Below, piece after piece: positions 48,683-58,718 of a DNA stretch of 64,000 nucleotides. Position numbers and translations under genes: made by a program. The stretch lies in contig JBDRCO010000037.1 in the NCBI GenBank assembly GCA_043821645.1, positions 128,001-192,000 of the forward strand, read 5' to 3'. The notes under the pieces are model-generated. The model was not told the DNA's origin. It saw nothing but the letters and a program-made list of their open reading frames with translations, and did not search any database. How positions within the stretch are numbered: the first letter of the stretch is position 1; each line of letters begins with the position of its first letter. Origin of the DNA: Pseudomonadota bacterium (GTDB taxonomy: Bacteria; Myxococcota; JACRCW01; JAFGSX01).

Positions 48683-49465
48683 ATGCGACATCTCATGTTT
48701 CGCTTCGCGCTCTTGAGCGCTGCGTTGGTCTGGGGCGGTGTGCTGATGGCACAGGCCGAAGGCGAGACGACGGTCGAGGCCACGCCTCCCGCAGCCGGGG
48801 ACCCGTCGTCACCAGCCGCAGCGGGCACCGAGACAGCCGTGGATCCTGCTCCCGCTCCAGCGCCGGCCGCCGGTGCCTCGGATCTCAAGACCGCCGACGA
48901 GAGCTACGAGGTCAAGATCCGGGACATCGAGGAAAGGGTCAACGAGCTCAAGGAGAAGATCTTCCAGTCCAAGGTGCGCCTGCTGTCCCTGCAGGAGGCC
49001 GTGTTCACCGGCGTGTCGTCCGGTGCTCGCGCCGTGCTCACCCACCGCAACGAGATGGGCTCGACCTTCCGCCTCACCGAGCTGCACTACTTCATCGACG
49101 GGGCGCCACTCCGGCAGGAGGTCGACGCCACTGGCGAGACCCTCTCGGCCAAGGAAGAGATCCAGCTCTTCTCGGGCAACATCGTCCCCGGAAACCACCA
49201 GATCACCGTCAACCTCGTCTACAAGGGCCATGGCTACGGTGTGTTCGCCTACCTCGACGGCTACACCTTCCGCATCAAGTCCAGCTACACGTTCAAGGCG
49301 GAGGAAGGCAAGGAGACCGAGGTCAAGATCGTTGCCTTCGAGAAGGGTGGCTTCACGACCGAACTTAAGGACAGGCCTGCGGTCCGCTATGACATCGAGG
49401 TCAAGAAGCAGCAGCGCAGGAAGCAGAAGGCGGAGGGCGAGCAGGCAGCGCCCTCGGTGCCCTGA
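48683..49465 (+). CDS. Exported coiled-coil + beta-sandwich protein
   Basis: Signal peptide, P/A linker, coiled coil (IRDIEERVNELKEKIFQSK), beta-rich C-terminal domain. Confidence 0.75.
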   Translation: MRHLMFRFALLSAALVWGGVLMAQAEGETTVEATPPAAGDPSSPAAAGTETAVDPAPAPAPAAGASDLKTADESYEVKIRDIEERVNELKEKIFQSKVRLLSLQEAVFTGVSSGARAVLTHRNEMGSTFRLTELHYFIDGAPLRQEVDATGETLSAKEEIQLFSGNIVPGNHQITVNLVYKGHGYGVFAYLDGYTFRIKSSYTFKAEEGKETEVKIVAFEKGGFTTELKDRPAVRYDIEVKKQQRRKQKAEGEQAAPSVP

Positions 49466-49527
49466 CACGTGTCAACCCAGAGCGAGCAGGCGGGATCATG
49501 ACAGGCGGATGTCGAGGCATCGCACGC

Positions 49528-51914
49528 ATGGCAGGAGGCCTCCTCTTGTGTGCGCTGGTCGTGCCCGCCCGCGCCGCCACTCCCACCTCTCTCCGCAGCA
49601 AGTTGCAGAAGCTCGAGGGATCGCTGGTCCAGGCCAAGGCCGAGGTCTCCGCTCTTGAGCGGGAGCTGAGCAGCGTCCTCGAGTCCTCGCGCCTGAAGTG
49701 CATGGAAGCCCGCGCCGAAGGACGCCTGGCCGAGGGCGCGCAATGTGGAGCGGTCGAGGAGAAGGTCAGCGAGGGACAGATCCTGCTTGACCTCGGCGAA
49801 AATGACAGGGCTGCGATCATTCTTTATGACGTCGTCACCGCACCGGGATTCGAGCGCAGCTTCCTTTACGAAGAGGCGGTCTCCACCCTCGCCGAGGCCC
49901 TGTACCGCAGTGGCAACTACATCGTGGCCAGGACCTACTTCCGCAGTCTGGTGCAGCGCGGCGCGCGGCTCTACGCCGAGAACTCGATCCAGCGCTTGAT
50001 CGAGATCAGCGGTCGACTCAATGACTACGGAGATCTCGACAGCTTCTTTGAGGCCTATCGCAAGATGTCCGGCGGCAGCGTTCGCCCCGAGATCGCCTAT
50101 GTGCGCGCCAAGTCCCTGATTCATGCGGGCCGCTCCGGCGAGGCCCTGCCCTTGCTCGAAAAGATCCCGCGCAACCACAACCTGTGGATGCGGGCGCAGT
50201 ACCTCTCCGGTGTGGCCGTGCTGGCGCCGGGCGGCGAGGCCGCCTTGCAGCAGGCGCTGGACTTCTTCAAGCGTGTCGGCGAGCAAGCTCCGCGCGACGC
50301 TGACGAGAAGGAAGTCCGAGAACTCGGCTACCTGGCACAGGGGCGTCTGTATTACGAGCTGGGCGACCTGGTGACCTCCATCGACGCCTACCAGAACATC
50401 CCTCGTGACTCCGAACACTTTCACGACATGCTGTTCGAGGTTGCCTGGGCCTTCATCAAGCGAGGGCAGTTGCTGTACGACCAGCCCGACCTGGCCCGGG
50501 CCGAATTTCGCAAGGCCCTGCAGGCTCTGGATCTCATCGTGGCACCTGGCAGCCGGCTCGAGCCCGAGATCGCGATCCTGCGCGGCAACCTGCTGCTCCG
50601 TCTCAGCGACTACGACGAAGCCACCAGCTCTTTCGCCGAGGTGGTGGGTCGTTACCAGACCACCGTGGACCAGCTCGAGGCCCTGATGGCCGAGCGTGGT
50701 GACGCCAGCCAGTTGCTCGAGGACATCCTGGCCGCCGACGAAAAGTCGCTGACGGTCAACACGCTGCTGCCCCCCCTGGCTGCCCGCTGGGCGCAGGGCC
50801 AGGAGGAGATCGACCAGGCGCTGCGGGTCTACAAGGACCTGCGCTACAGCAAGACCGAGCTGATCGAGACACGCAAGGTCATCGACAAGCTTCGTGCGGC
50901 GCTGGATTCGCCAAACCGCACCGAGCTGCTGCCTGCTTTCGGTGAGATCCACACACGCGGTCTCAATACCTACGACGCCCTGATAGGGTTGCGCAGTGTG
51001 CTGGTGGGCGTGCAGGGTGAGCTCCTCGACGCGACCAGGATTCCCGGCTACGCCGAGGTGGTGGAGCGGCGCAAGGTCCTGGAGAAGAAGTTTGCCTCCA
51101 TCCCCAAGACCCGAGAGGGCCTGACCGATCGCATGAACCGCATCGCCCAGCGCATCGAGGGTCTCGAACGCGACGTGTTCCGCCTCTCCCTGGCGATCGA
51201 CGAGGCCAATGCCCAGATCAAGGCCATGGAAGTGTGGCTGGTCAGTGTCAAGCAGTCCGGCAAGCTCGGCGCCGGCGAGATCGAGTTGATGAACGGTCGC
51301 CTGGCCCAGGCTCGTGCCGAGGTCGAGTACCTGCGCGAGGAACAGCAGGGGCTGGCAGAACTGCTCAAGCGTGAACATGCCCAGCTCACCGTGTCCGGCG
51401 GGCGGGCGCGCAAGAAGCCGAGATCCGCGCCGAGCTGGAGCGCACCCTGGCCGAGGAGGCCGGGCTGCTGAGCGGGGCGCGCAGTGGCGTGGACGCGGAG
51501 ACCCAGCAGATGCTCACCGAGGTCGACACGGTCGCGGTCGAGCTCGAGAACGTCATCGGCCGCCTGGAACGGTTCCGCGGTGCGCTCGATGGTCACGTCG
51601 AGAGCTACGTCACGGAGATGAAGCGCGCGATCTCCCGCGAGGAGCGCCTGCTCGACGAGCACGAGCGCGAGACCCTGCGCTACCAGAACCAGGCCGGAGA
51701 TGTGGCCGCCGGAGCTGCGGTGCAGGCACTGCGCGGTGTGCGGAACGATTTCCACGACTTCGTGCTGCGCGCCGACGTCGGCCTGGTCGACATGTCGTGG
51801 CAGATGAAGAAAGAAAAGTCGGACGAGATCTCGAAGATGGTCAAGCGGCAGCGCGCCGAACTCAAGGCTCTGGATGTGGAGTTCGGCGAGGTGCTGAAGG
51901 ATGACGAGGAGTAG
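49528..51914 (+). pseudogene. GltC-like TPR/coiled-coil exported protein, split by a 1-nt deletion near 51400-51402 (or a sequencing error)
   Basis: ORFs 49498-51471 and 51489-51914 join if one G is added to GGC GGG CG; restored reading VSGGAGAQEAEIRAELERTLAEE. Confidence 0.75.
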
Positions 51915-54900
51915 CCGGGTGCAGCGCTGGTCCATCCTCCTCCTGTGCATGGCCTCCCTGGCCCCGACCAGGCCCGCTGGGGCGCAGGTTGGCTCGGTAG
52001 TGCAGCCCGGTGACGCCCAGCTCCTCGACGAGATCCGCGAGGTGGTCGACGCCTTCGAGAAGCAGACCCGGGCCTACCGGCGGCAGGTGAACGGTCTGGT
52101 CCAGAGGCAGTACGAGGAGCGCCGCGCCCAGCTCTCCGAGACCTACGAGAAGGCGATCCGCGAGCTCGAGGTGGTCGAACGCCAGCGTCGGCTCGAGGCC
52201 ATCGCGCGCTTCGAGGCCTTCCTGCGGCACTACCCCGACAATCCACAGTACACGCCCGATGCCATGTTCAGGCTGGCAGAGCTTTACTACGAGCGATCTT
52301 ACGAGCAGTACCTGCAGGCCATGCGCGAGTTCGATCAGCAGGTCAAAGCCTTCGATCGCGGCGAGACCACCGACGACCCGGTGATGCCGAGCCAGCACTT
52401 CGAGGACTCGATCGCGCTGTACCAGCAGCTCATCAATCGGTTCCCGAGCTACCGGCTGGTGGATGCAGCCTACTACTTGCTGGGCTATTGCCTGGGCGAA
52501 CAGGGGGAGCTGGAGTCCTCGATCCAGACCTTCGTCACCCTCACCGAGAAGTACCCCGATTCTGGTTTTTACGTCGAGGCGTGGATGCGCATCGGCGAGT
52601 TCTACTTTGACGCCGACCGTCTGGACGAGGCTGTTCAGGCCTACACCCAGGTCACGACCAAGGGCGTGGGTACCAAGTTCTACGACAAGGGCCTGTACAA
52701 GCTTGCCTGGACCCACTACAGGCTCGACCTGTTCGACGCAGCCATTCGAGAGTTCCTGACCCTCGTCGACTACGCTGACGCCGAGAAGCTCAAGGGCAAC
52801 AACGAGGCCCAGTCCCTGCGACCGGAGTCCATCCAGTACGTCGCCATCAGCTTCGCTGACGAACGCTGGGACCGTGGCATTGCCTACGACTTCGAGGCGG
52901 ACCAGACCGGCGAGCAGATGGTGGATTTCGCGATCAGCTACTTCGCCTCGGCGGGCCATCGCCCCTACGAGCCCGAGATCATCGAGCGTCTGGGCGGCAT
53001 CCTGTTCGACAGCGCCAAGTACCAGGGCGCGGTCAAGGCCCTCGAGTACGCTCTCGACCAGGCCCCCCTGGCGCCGCAGGCTCCCCGGCTGCAGCAGAAG
53101 ATCGTCGAGGCCTGGGAACGCGCCCGACAGTTCGACAAGGCGACCGCCGCGCGCGACAAGCTGTTCGAGAAGTACGCGGAGAAGACACCCTGGTACGACG
53201 CCAATATCGAGAACGGTGAGGCCATCCGGGCCGCCCAGGAGTTGACCAAGAACTCGGTGTACGTGTCCGCGATCTTCCACCACCAGCAGGCTCAGCAATA
53301 TTTCCAGGAGCAGCGGCTGGATCTGGCCAAGGTCTCGTACGAGCAGGCGGCCAAGGGGTACCAGCGCTACCTCGACCGCTTCCCGCACGACAAACAGGCC
53401 TACGAGCTGCGGTTCTACCTGGCGGACTGCTACTTCTACTCCCTGGACTTCATGAACGCGGCCGACGCGTACCGCTACGTGCGCGACTCGACGGCAGGTG
53501 ACAAGTACCGCAACGATGCGGCCCTGGGCGTCATCTTCGCCTACCAGGAGGAGATCAAGCGGCTGGAGAAGGCAGGCAAGCTCGAGGCACGCAAGGTGCT
53601 GACCGGGGGCCGCGAGGGCGACACCCTTCCGGCTGCCGAGGAGATCCCGACGCTGCGGACGTCCTATATCCAGGCCTGCGACCGCTTCGTCGAGCTGGCC
53701 CCACAGCACGAGCGGGTGCCCGTTTTCTCCTACACCTCGGCCGAGACCTTCTACGTCTACAACCACTTTGACGAGGCCACCAAGCGCTTCGAGCAGATCA
53801 TCGAGAAGTACCCCACCGACGAGGTGGCCAAGTTCGCTGCGAACCTGATCATCGAGCTCCTGCTGGCCAAGAAAGACTGGGTTGCCGTCGAGAAATTCGC
53901 CCAGATGGTGCAGCAGCGACGGGTGGGCGACACCGAGGCCTACAAGAAGTTCGAGGTCGGCGCCCTGTTCAACAAGGCGAGCCAGTACAACGCCGAGGGC
54001 GAGAAGTTGCTTAGCGAGGGCAAGGCCAAGGAAGGCAACGCCAAGCTCGAGGCCGCCGCCGCCGAGTACGTGCGCCTGGTCAGCGAGAACCCCAAGCACG
54101 AGTTCGCGGACAAGGCCCTGTTCAATGCCGCGGTGGCCTACGAGCGCGTGCGCCGCTTCGAGTCGGCCGCGCGTCTGTACGAGCGGGTGTTCGATGAGTA
54201 CCCGCAGAGCGATCTCGCCGACAAGTCGCTGTTCCTGGTGGCACTCAAGAGCGAGCAGGCCTTCGACTTTGACAAGGCCATCGACAAGTACCTGAGGCTG
54301 GTCAAGGACTACCCCAAGAGCACCGACCGCGCCAACGCGCTCTTCAACGCGGCCCTCGCGCTTGAGAACACGCAGCAGTACGAGCGCGCGGCCCGGGAGT
54401 ACGAGCGCTACGCTTCGATGTTCTCCGATCGCGAGGACGCCCCCGAGACCTTCTACCGGGCCGCCATCGTGCATGAGAAGCGCGAGGACAAGGCTGCCAT
54501 GGTCTCGACCCTGTTCAAGTTCATCCAGAAGTACCGCAAGGACGCGCGCCAGGGCGACCGCGTGGTCGAGGCCCTGGGCAAGATCGCGACCTACTACGAC
54601 GAGGCCGGCAAGGACTCGGACGCGACCAAGTATTACGAGTCCGCGGTCAAGGAGTTCGCGGCCCGGGGTCTGGCGCCGGCCACGCGCGCTGGTTACTTCG
54701 CGGCCAAGGCTCGCTTCGCCCTCATCGAGAAGGAACTCAAGCGCTACGAGACCATCAAGATCGAGGGCGACGGCAAGAACCAGCAGAAGCAGCTTGCCCT
54801 CAAGGCCGAGCGCCTGAAGAAGGTCGAGGATCAGTACCGCACAGTGCTCGACTACAAGCAGATCGAGTGGTCCCTGGCCTCTCTGTATCGCATGGGCTTC

Positions 54901-55260
54901 CTGTACGAGAACCTGGCCGAGACCATGGTCGCCGCCGACTGTCCGAAGGACATCAAGCGCCTGGGCCAGGAGTACTGCGACGAGTACAAGGTCCTGCTCG
55001 AGGACAAGGCCGCCGAGCTGGAGCAGAAGATCGTGCCGGCCTATGAGCTGGCGTACAACGAGGCGATCAAGGCCAAGGTCATCAACGAGTGGACCAAGCG
55101 CACCCTCGAAGGCCTCAACAAGTATCGCAAGGCCCAGTACCCCATCGACAAGGAGCCCCTGGGACGGATGGTTCCTCCCTTGTCGACGGGCGCCGGACTG
55201 GTCATCCCCGACGAGGTTGCTGCTCGCATGGGCGCCGGGCGACAGATGGAGGGCAAGTGA
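51901..55260 (+). CDS. Large exported TPR protein, GltD/AgmU-like
   Basis: Signal-like N-terminus; many TPRs (YTPDAMFRLAELYYE, AWMRIGEFYF, YKLAWTHY, ALFNAA); context. Confidence 0.8.
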   Translation: MTRSSRVQRWSILLLCMASLAPTRPAGAQVGSVVQPGDAQLLDEIREVVDAFEKQTRAYRRQVNGLVQRQYEERRAQLSETYEKAIRELEVVERQRRLEAIARFEAFLRHYPDNPQYTPDAMFRLAELYYERSYEQYLQAMREFDQQVKAFDRGETTDDPVMPSQHFEDSIALYQQLINRFPSYRLVDAAYYLLGYCLGEQGELESSIQTFVTLTEKYPDSGFYVEAWMRIGEFYFDADRLDEAVQAYTQVTTKGVGTKFYDKGLYKLAWTHYRLDLFDAAIREFLTLVDYADAEKLKGNNEAQSLRPESIQYVAISFADERWDRGIAYDFEADQTGEQMVDFAISYFASAGHRPYEPEIIERLGGILFDSAKYQGAVKALEYALDQAPLAPQAPRLQQKIVEAWERARQFDKATAARDKLFEKYAEKTPWYDANIENGEAIRAAQELTKNSVYVSAIFHHQQAQQYFQEQRLDLAKVSYEQAAKGYQRYLDRFPHDKQAYELRFYLADCYFYSLDFMNAADAYRYVRDSTAGDKYRNDAALGVIFAYQEEIKRLEKAGKLEARKVLTGGREGDTLPAAEEIPTLRTSYIQACDRFVELAPQHERVPVFSYTSAETFYVYNHFDEATKRFEQIIEKYPTDEVAKFAANLIIELLLAKKDWVAVEKFAQMVQQRRVGDTEAYKKFEVGALFNKASQYNAEGEKLLSEGKAKEGNAKLEAAAAEYVRLVSENPKHEFADKALFNAAVAYERVRRFESAARLYERVFDEYPQSDLADKSLFLVALKSEQAFDFDKAIDKYLRLVKDYPKSTDRANALFNAALALENTQQYERAAREYERYASMFSDREDAPETFYRAAIVHEKREDKAAMVSTLFKFIQKYRKDARQGDRVVEALGKIATYYDEAGKDSDATKYYESAVKEFAARGLAPATRAGYFAAKARFALIEKELKRYETIKIEGDGKNQQKQLALKAERLKKVEDQYRTVLDYKQIEWSLASLYRMGFLYENLAETMVAADCPKDIKRLGQEYCDEYKVLLEDKAAELEQKIVPAYELAYNEAIKAKVINEWTKRTLEGLNKYRKAQYPIDKEPLGRMVPPLSTGAGLVIPDEVAARMGAGRQMEGK

Positions 55261-56903
55261 TGCGCGTGCTGCTCACTGCTCTCACTCTGATGCTGTTGGC
55301 GGGCGCCTGTGCCACGACGGATAGCGCGGCGCGTCCGGACGACACCACCAGCAACAACACGGCGGCATCGACTCCGCCTCCACCTGCTGCTGCTGTCGAC
55401 GAGGCTGCCGCGCCGGAACCCACGCCGCCGCCGGCTCCCGAACCGACCGCGGCTGCGGTCCCACCAAAGCCTGCGCCACAACTCGAGGAACCCGCGCCCG
55501 AGGCGGTGGCAGACCCTGAGCCTCGGCTGTCCCGAGATGCATCTGCCAGCCAGGACTTCACCGACGGCGTCGCCGTGGCCGCAGCGGAGCCGGCTCGGGC
55601 CCTGGGTCTGTTCGAGCGCGCTGCGAAGAGCGACCCCGGCTTCGTGCTGGCCTGGCACAACGCCGGCGCGAGCGCCGAGCGCCAAGGCAAGCTCACGGAT
55701 GCCATCGCGTACTACCAGAAGGCACTCGAGCGTCGTCCGGACTACTTCCCGTCGCTGTACAGCCTGATCCAGATCTACACTCGTCAGGGCAAGGCCGCGG
55801 ATGCGCGCAGTCTTGCCGAACGCGCCGTCACCAAAAAGCGCAGTGCCTCGTCGCTGGCCGCAGCCAGTGCAGCTGCGCTGGCCGCTCGCCAGGTGGGGGA
55901 GGCCGAACGCCAGGCCAAGGCAGCCCTGAAGCTCGACGAGAAGTTCGTGCCGGCGATGTTGCTCCTCGCCGAGGCCTTTCATGCCCAGGGAAAGTTCGAG
56001 CTGGCCAAGTTCGTGCTCAGCAATGCCAAGGAAGTGGACCCGCGCAACGCGCTGGTGCACCAGGCTCTGGGACGAGCGCTGCTCGCGCTCAAGAACCCCC
56101 AGGGAGCCCAGCGCAGCTTCGAGGAGGCGATCGCGATCCGCCAGGACCTCGTCGAGAGCTACAACAACCTTGCGGTGCTGTACTACGAATCGGGCGACTA
56201 TGGCGCGGCTCTGACCTCGTCGAAGAATGCGGTGGACCAGGCTCCACAGCAGGGCGCAGCCTGGCTCAACTACGGCAATGCTCTGCGGGCTGCCAAGCGC
56301 CACGCCGAGGCTATACAAGCCTACGAGAAAACGATCTCGCTGTCCGATGCCGAGGCGGCGACCGCGGCGCAGTTCAACCTGGGCATCCTGTACATTGACA
56401 ATCCCGTCGACAAGCTCGACGACGTGCAGCGCATGGACAAGGCGATGGGCTATCTGAACGCTTACAAGGGGCGCGCCCGGCTCGACGAGGCCATGGCCGA
56501 GAAGCTCGACAAGTACCTCGCCGAGGCCGATCGCGAGAAGCAGCGCGAGCTCAAGCGCCGCGAGCGTGATGCCAAGCGTGCCGCCAAGGACGCCGCCAAG
56601 AAGAAGGCCGAAGAAGAAGCTCGGATCAAGGCCGAAGAGGAAGCCAAGCAGAAGGCTGCGGAAGAGGCAGCGCTGCTCAAGGCCCAGGAAGACGCGCGAA
56701 AGAAGGCCGAACAGGAGGCTCTCAAGAAGGCAGAGGCGGACGCTGCTCGGCAAAAGGCCGAGGCGGAAGCCGCCCGGCTCAAGGCCGAGGAGGAGGCGCG
56801 CAAGAAGGCCGAGGAGGCTGCCCGGCTGCAGGCCGAGGAAGAAGCGCGCAAGAAGGCCGAGGAAGAAGCCAAGCAGCGCAAGCTGGGTGGTGGCGGCAAG
56901 TAG
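55260..56903 (+). CDS. TPR lipoprotein, GltE/AglT-like, with long charged helical tail
   Basis: Lipobox AGAC, Pro-rich linker, TPRs (GKFELAKFVL, YNNLAVLY, LNYGNAL, FNLGILY), E/K/A/R-rich tail. Confidence 0.8.
   Translation: MRVLLTALTLMLLAGACATTDSAARPDDTTSNNTAASTPPPPAAAVDEAAAPEPTPPPAPEPTAAAVPPKPAPQLEEPAPEAVADPEPRLSRDASASQDFTDGVAVAAAEPARALGLFERAAKSDPGFVLAWHNAGASAERQGKLTDAIAYYQKALERRPDYFPSLYSLIQIYTRQGKAADARSLAERAVTKKRSASSLAAASAAALAARQVGEAERQAKAALKLDEKFVPAMLLLAEAFHAQGKFELAKFVLSNAKEVDPRNALVHQALGRALLALKNPQGAQRSFEEAIAIRQDLVESYNNLAVLYYESGDYGAALTSSKNAVDQAPQQGAAWLNYGNALRAAKRHAEAIQAYEKTISLSDAEAATAAQFNLGILYIDNPVDKLDDVQRMDKAMGYLNAYKGRARLDEAMAEKLDKYLAEADREKQRELKRRERDAKRAAKDAAKKKAEEEARIKAEEEAKQKAAEEAALLKAQEDARKKAEQEALKKAEADAARQKAEAEAARLKAEEEARKKAEEAARLQAEEEARKKAEEEAKQRKLGGGGK
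56565..56880 (+). repeat. Low-complexity KKAEEEAR-type coding repeats
   Basis: Repeated AAGAAGGCCGAGGA-like units encoding (K)KAEEEAR/K. Confidence 0.8.
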
Positions 56904-56946
56904 CCGGGGACCCGCGAACGGTCGCATCCTCGTCGACAGAGGTGGT

Positions 56947-57219
56947 ATGAAAATGCAGTTGCGCCGGCAAAGGAGCCGCCAGTATACTCGCTGCCTCGTC
57001 GGGGTCGGAGTCGCACTGACCCTGCTTCTGACGACGACAGCGGCGAGTGCGCAGCGGCGCAAGAAGATCGTGCTCAGCGAATTCGTGATCGAAGGGAGAG
57101 TGCAGAAGCCACAGGCCTTTCTTCTGCTGCAGAGGCAGAACCTGAACTTCGAGGGACTTCAACTCAAGAAGAGCTTCGTACCCAAGATTGTCAAGTCCGC
57201 CGACAGGAAGCCATTTTAA
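56947..57219 (+). CDS. Small exported protein, GltF/CglF-like
   Basis: Signal peptide, then IEGRVQKPQ...R..LNF..L....SF.PKI.KS; position after the GltE-like gene. Confidence 0.7.
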   Translation: MKMQLRRQRSRQYTRCLVGVGVALTLLLTTTAASAQRRKKIVLSEFVIEGRVQKPQAFLLLQRQNLNFEGLQLKKSFVPKIVKSADRKPF

Positions 57220-57373
57220 GGGTACTTGCCCGGGCCTTCGCGGCGACACAGAGGTTGTGCTAGGGTAAGCCCGCCGTGACAGAGAGAGTCCGGCGGTTCG
57301 TTCTGGGAGCAAGAGCCTCGCCCCTGAGGCTTGCATCATCGCGCCGGGAAAAGGCACAAGGAGGACGGTCACC

Positions 57374-58030
57374 ATGTTTGCAGCCATCGCCAAGTTCTTC
57401 GAGGACGGCGGACCGTGGATGTATCCCATCGCCGCGGTCTCAGTCGTCTGCGTCGCCGTCGCTATCGAGCGAATCGTATTCTTGTTCTTCCGCTACGATA
57501 TCAATGGCAACGCCTTCATGGCACAGGTCCAGAAGCTGGTGATGGCCAACAACATCGATCGCGCCATCAAGCTGTGCAACGCCGCCCCCAACGCGGCGCT
57601 GCCAAAGATCATCAAGGCTGGCCTCACCCGCGCCAACAAGGGTGAGATGGAGATCCAGAACGCGGTGGAGGAGAGCACGCTCGAGGTGGTGCCCATGCTG
57701 CAGAAGCGCACCAACTCCTTGGCGGCCCTCGCCAACCTGGCCACTCTGCTCGGTCTGCTCGGAACCGTCATCGGTCTGATCCAGGCCTTCAGCGCGGTTG
57801 CCAACGCGCCGCCGGACCAGAAGTCGGCCCTGCTGGCCTCCGCCATCTCGATCGCCATGAACACCACGGCCTTCGGTCTCATGGTGGCGATCCCGACCCT
57901 GTTTGTGCACCTGATCCTGTCGGGTGTGACCAAGAAGATCATCGACGAGATCGATATGTACTCGGTCAAACTCGAGAATCTGCTGATCGCGCGTGGCAAG
58001 GGCGGCTCGGCGGCCATGGACCGCGGCTAG
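57374..58030 (+). CDS. MotA/TolQ/ExbB proton channel, AglR-like
   Basis: GGPWMYPI, ATLLGLLGTVIGLI.AF, ISIAMNTTAFGL.VAIP. Confidence 0.92.
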   Translation: MFAAIAKFFEDGGPWMYPIAAVSVVCVAVAIERIVFLFFRYDINGNAFMAQVQKLVMANNIDRAIKLCNAAPNAALPKIIKAGLTRANKGEMEIQNAVEESTLEVVPMLQKRTNSLAALANLATLLGLLGTVIGLIQAFSAVANAPPDQKSALLASAISIAMNTTAFGLMVAIPTLFVHLILSGVTKKIIDEIDMYSVKLENLLIARGKGGSAAMDRG

Positions 58031-58137
58031 TCTCTTTCTGCCTTTTTTTGCGCGGACCCGGGCGACTCGCAAGCCCCGGAACTTCTGGCACCCCACGGTG
58101 TCAGATCTGCTGGGATTCGGTCGCGGGAGAGTGAGAG

Positions 58138-58665
58138 ATGGCCAGAAAACCATCCGAGCGGCGCCACGGTGCCGATGAGACGTCAGAGCTGAACCTGGTT
58201 CCGATCATGAACCTGGTGCTGATGCTCATCCCGTCCATCTTGATCACGGCGGCTTTCGTCGAGATCACGGTGATCAACGTTTCGGCGCCGCAGATCGGCG
58301 GTGGCGCTCCCCAGGAGCAGCAGGAAAAGCCTGACAAACCACCGCTCAATTTGACCATCGTATTGACCGACCAGGGGTTCACCATTGCGGGTTCGGGTGG
58401 TGTGCTGGGCCAGGAGCAGGCTGATCCCAATGCCCAGAAGGGGCCCACCATCCCGAAGACCTCGGCGGGTGACTACGACTGGCCAGGTCTGACCAAGAAG
58501 CTGGTCGAGATCAAGGATGCTTTTCCGGAAGAGACCAAGGTCATCGTCAACGCGGAGCCGGACATCAAGTACGAGTTCCTCGTGGGGACCATGGACGCGG
58601 CGCGCGAGACCACTGATCACCGCGAGCTGTTTCCCGACGTGATCCTGAGCGCAGGTATCACCTGA
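58138..58665 (+). CDS. ExbD/TolR family protein 1 (AglQ/S-like), TM Asp replaced by Asn
   Basis: ELNLVPIMNLVLMLIP TM segment; periplasmic AEPDIKYEFLVGTMDAAR. Confidence 0.88.
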   Translation: MARKPSERRHGADETSELNLVPIMNLVLMLIPSILITAAFVEITVINVSAPQIGGGAPQEQQEKPDKPPLNLTIVLTDQGFTIAGSGGVLGQEQADPNAQKGPTIPKTSAGDYDWPGLTKKLVEIKDAFPEETKVIVNAEPDIKYEFLVGTMDAARETTDHRELFPDVILSAGIT

Positions 58666-58718
58666 TAGCAGTGAGGGTGAGGTGCCCGGAGCCGTGAACC
58701 ATCGCTGCGGAGCGTGAG

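Noticed and set aside
51390-51420. Programmed ribosomal frameshift
   Set aside because: No X XXY YYZ slippery heptamer; a missing G in a short G run is simpler.
51862-54474. 870-aa minus-strand ORF (likewise 49387-51378, 55041-57062, 39586-41643, 11909-13300, 34784-36346)
   Set aside because: Antisense shadows of well-supported genes.
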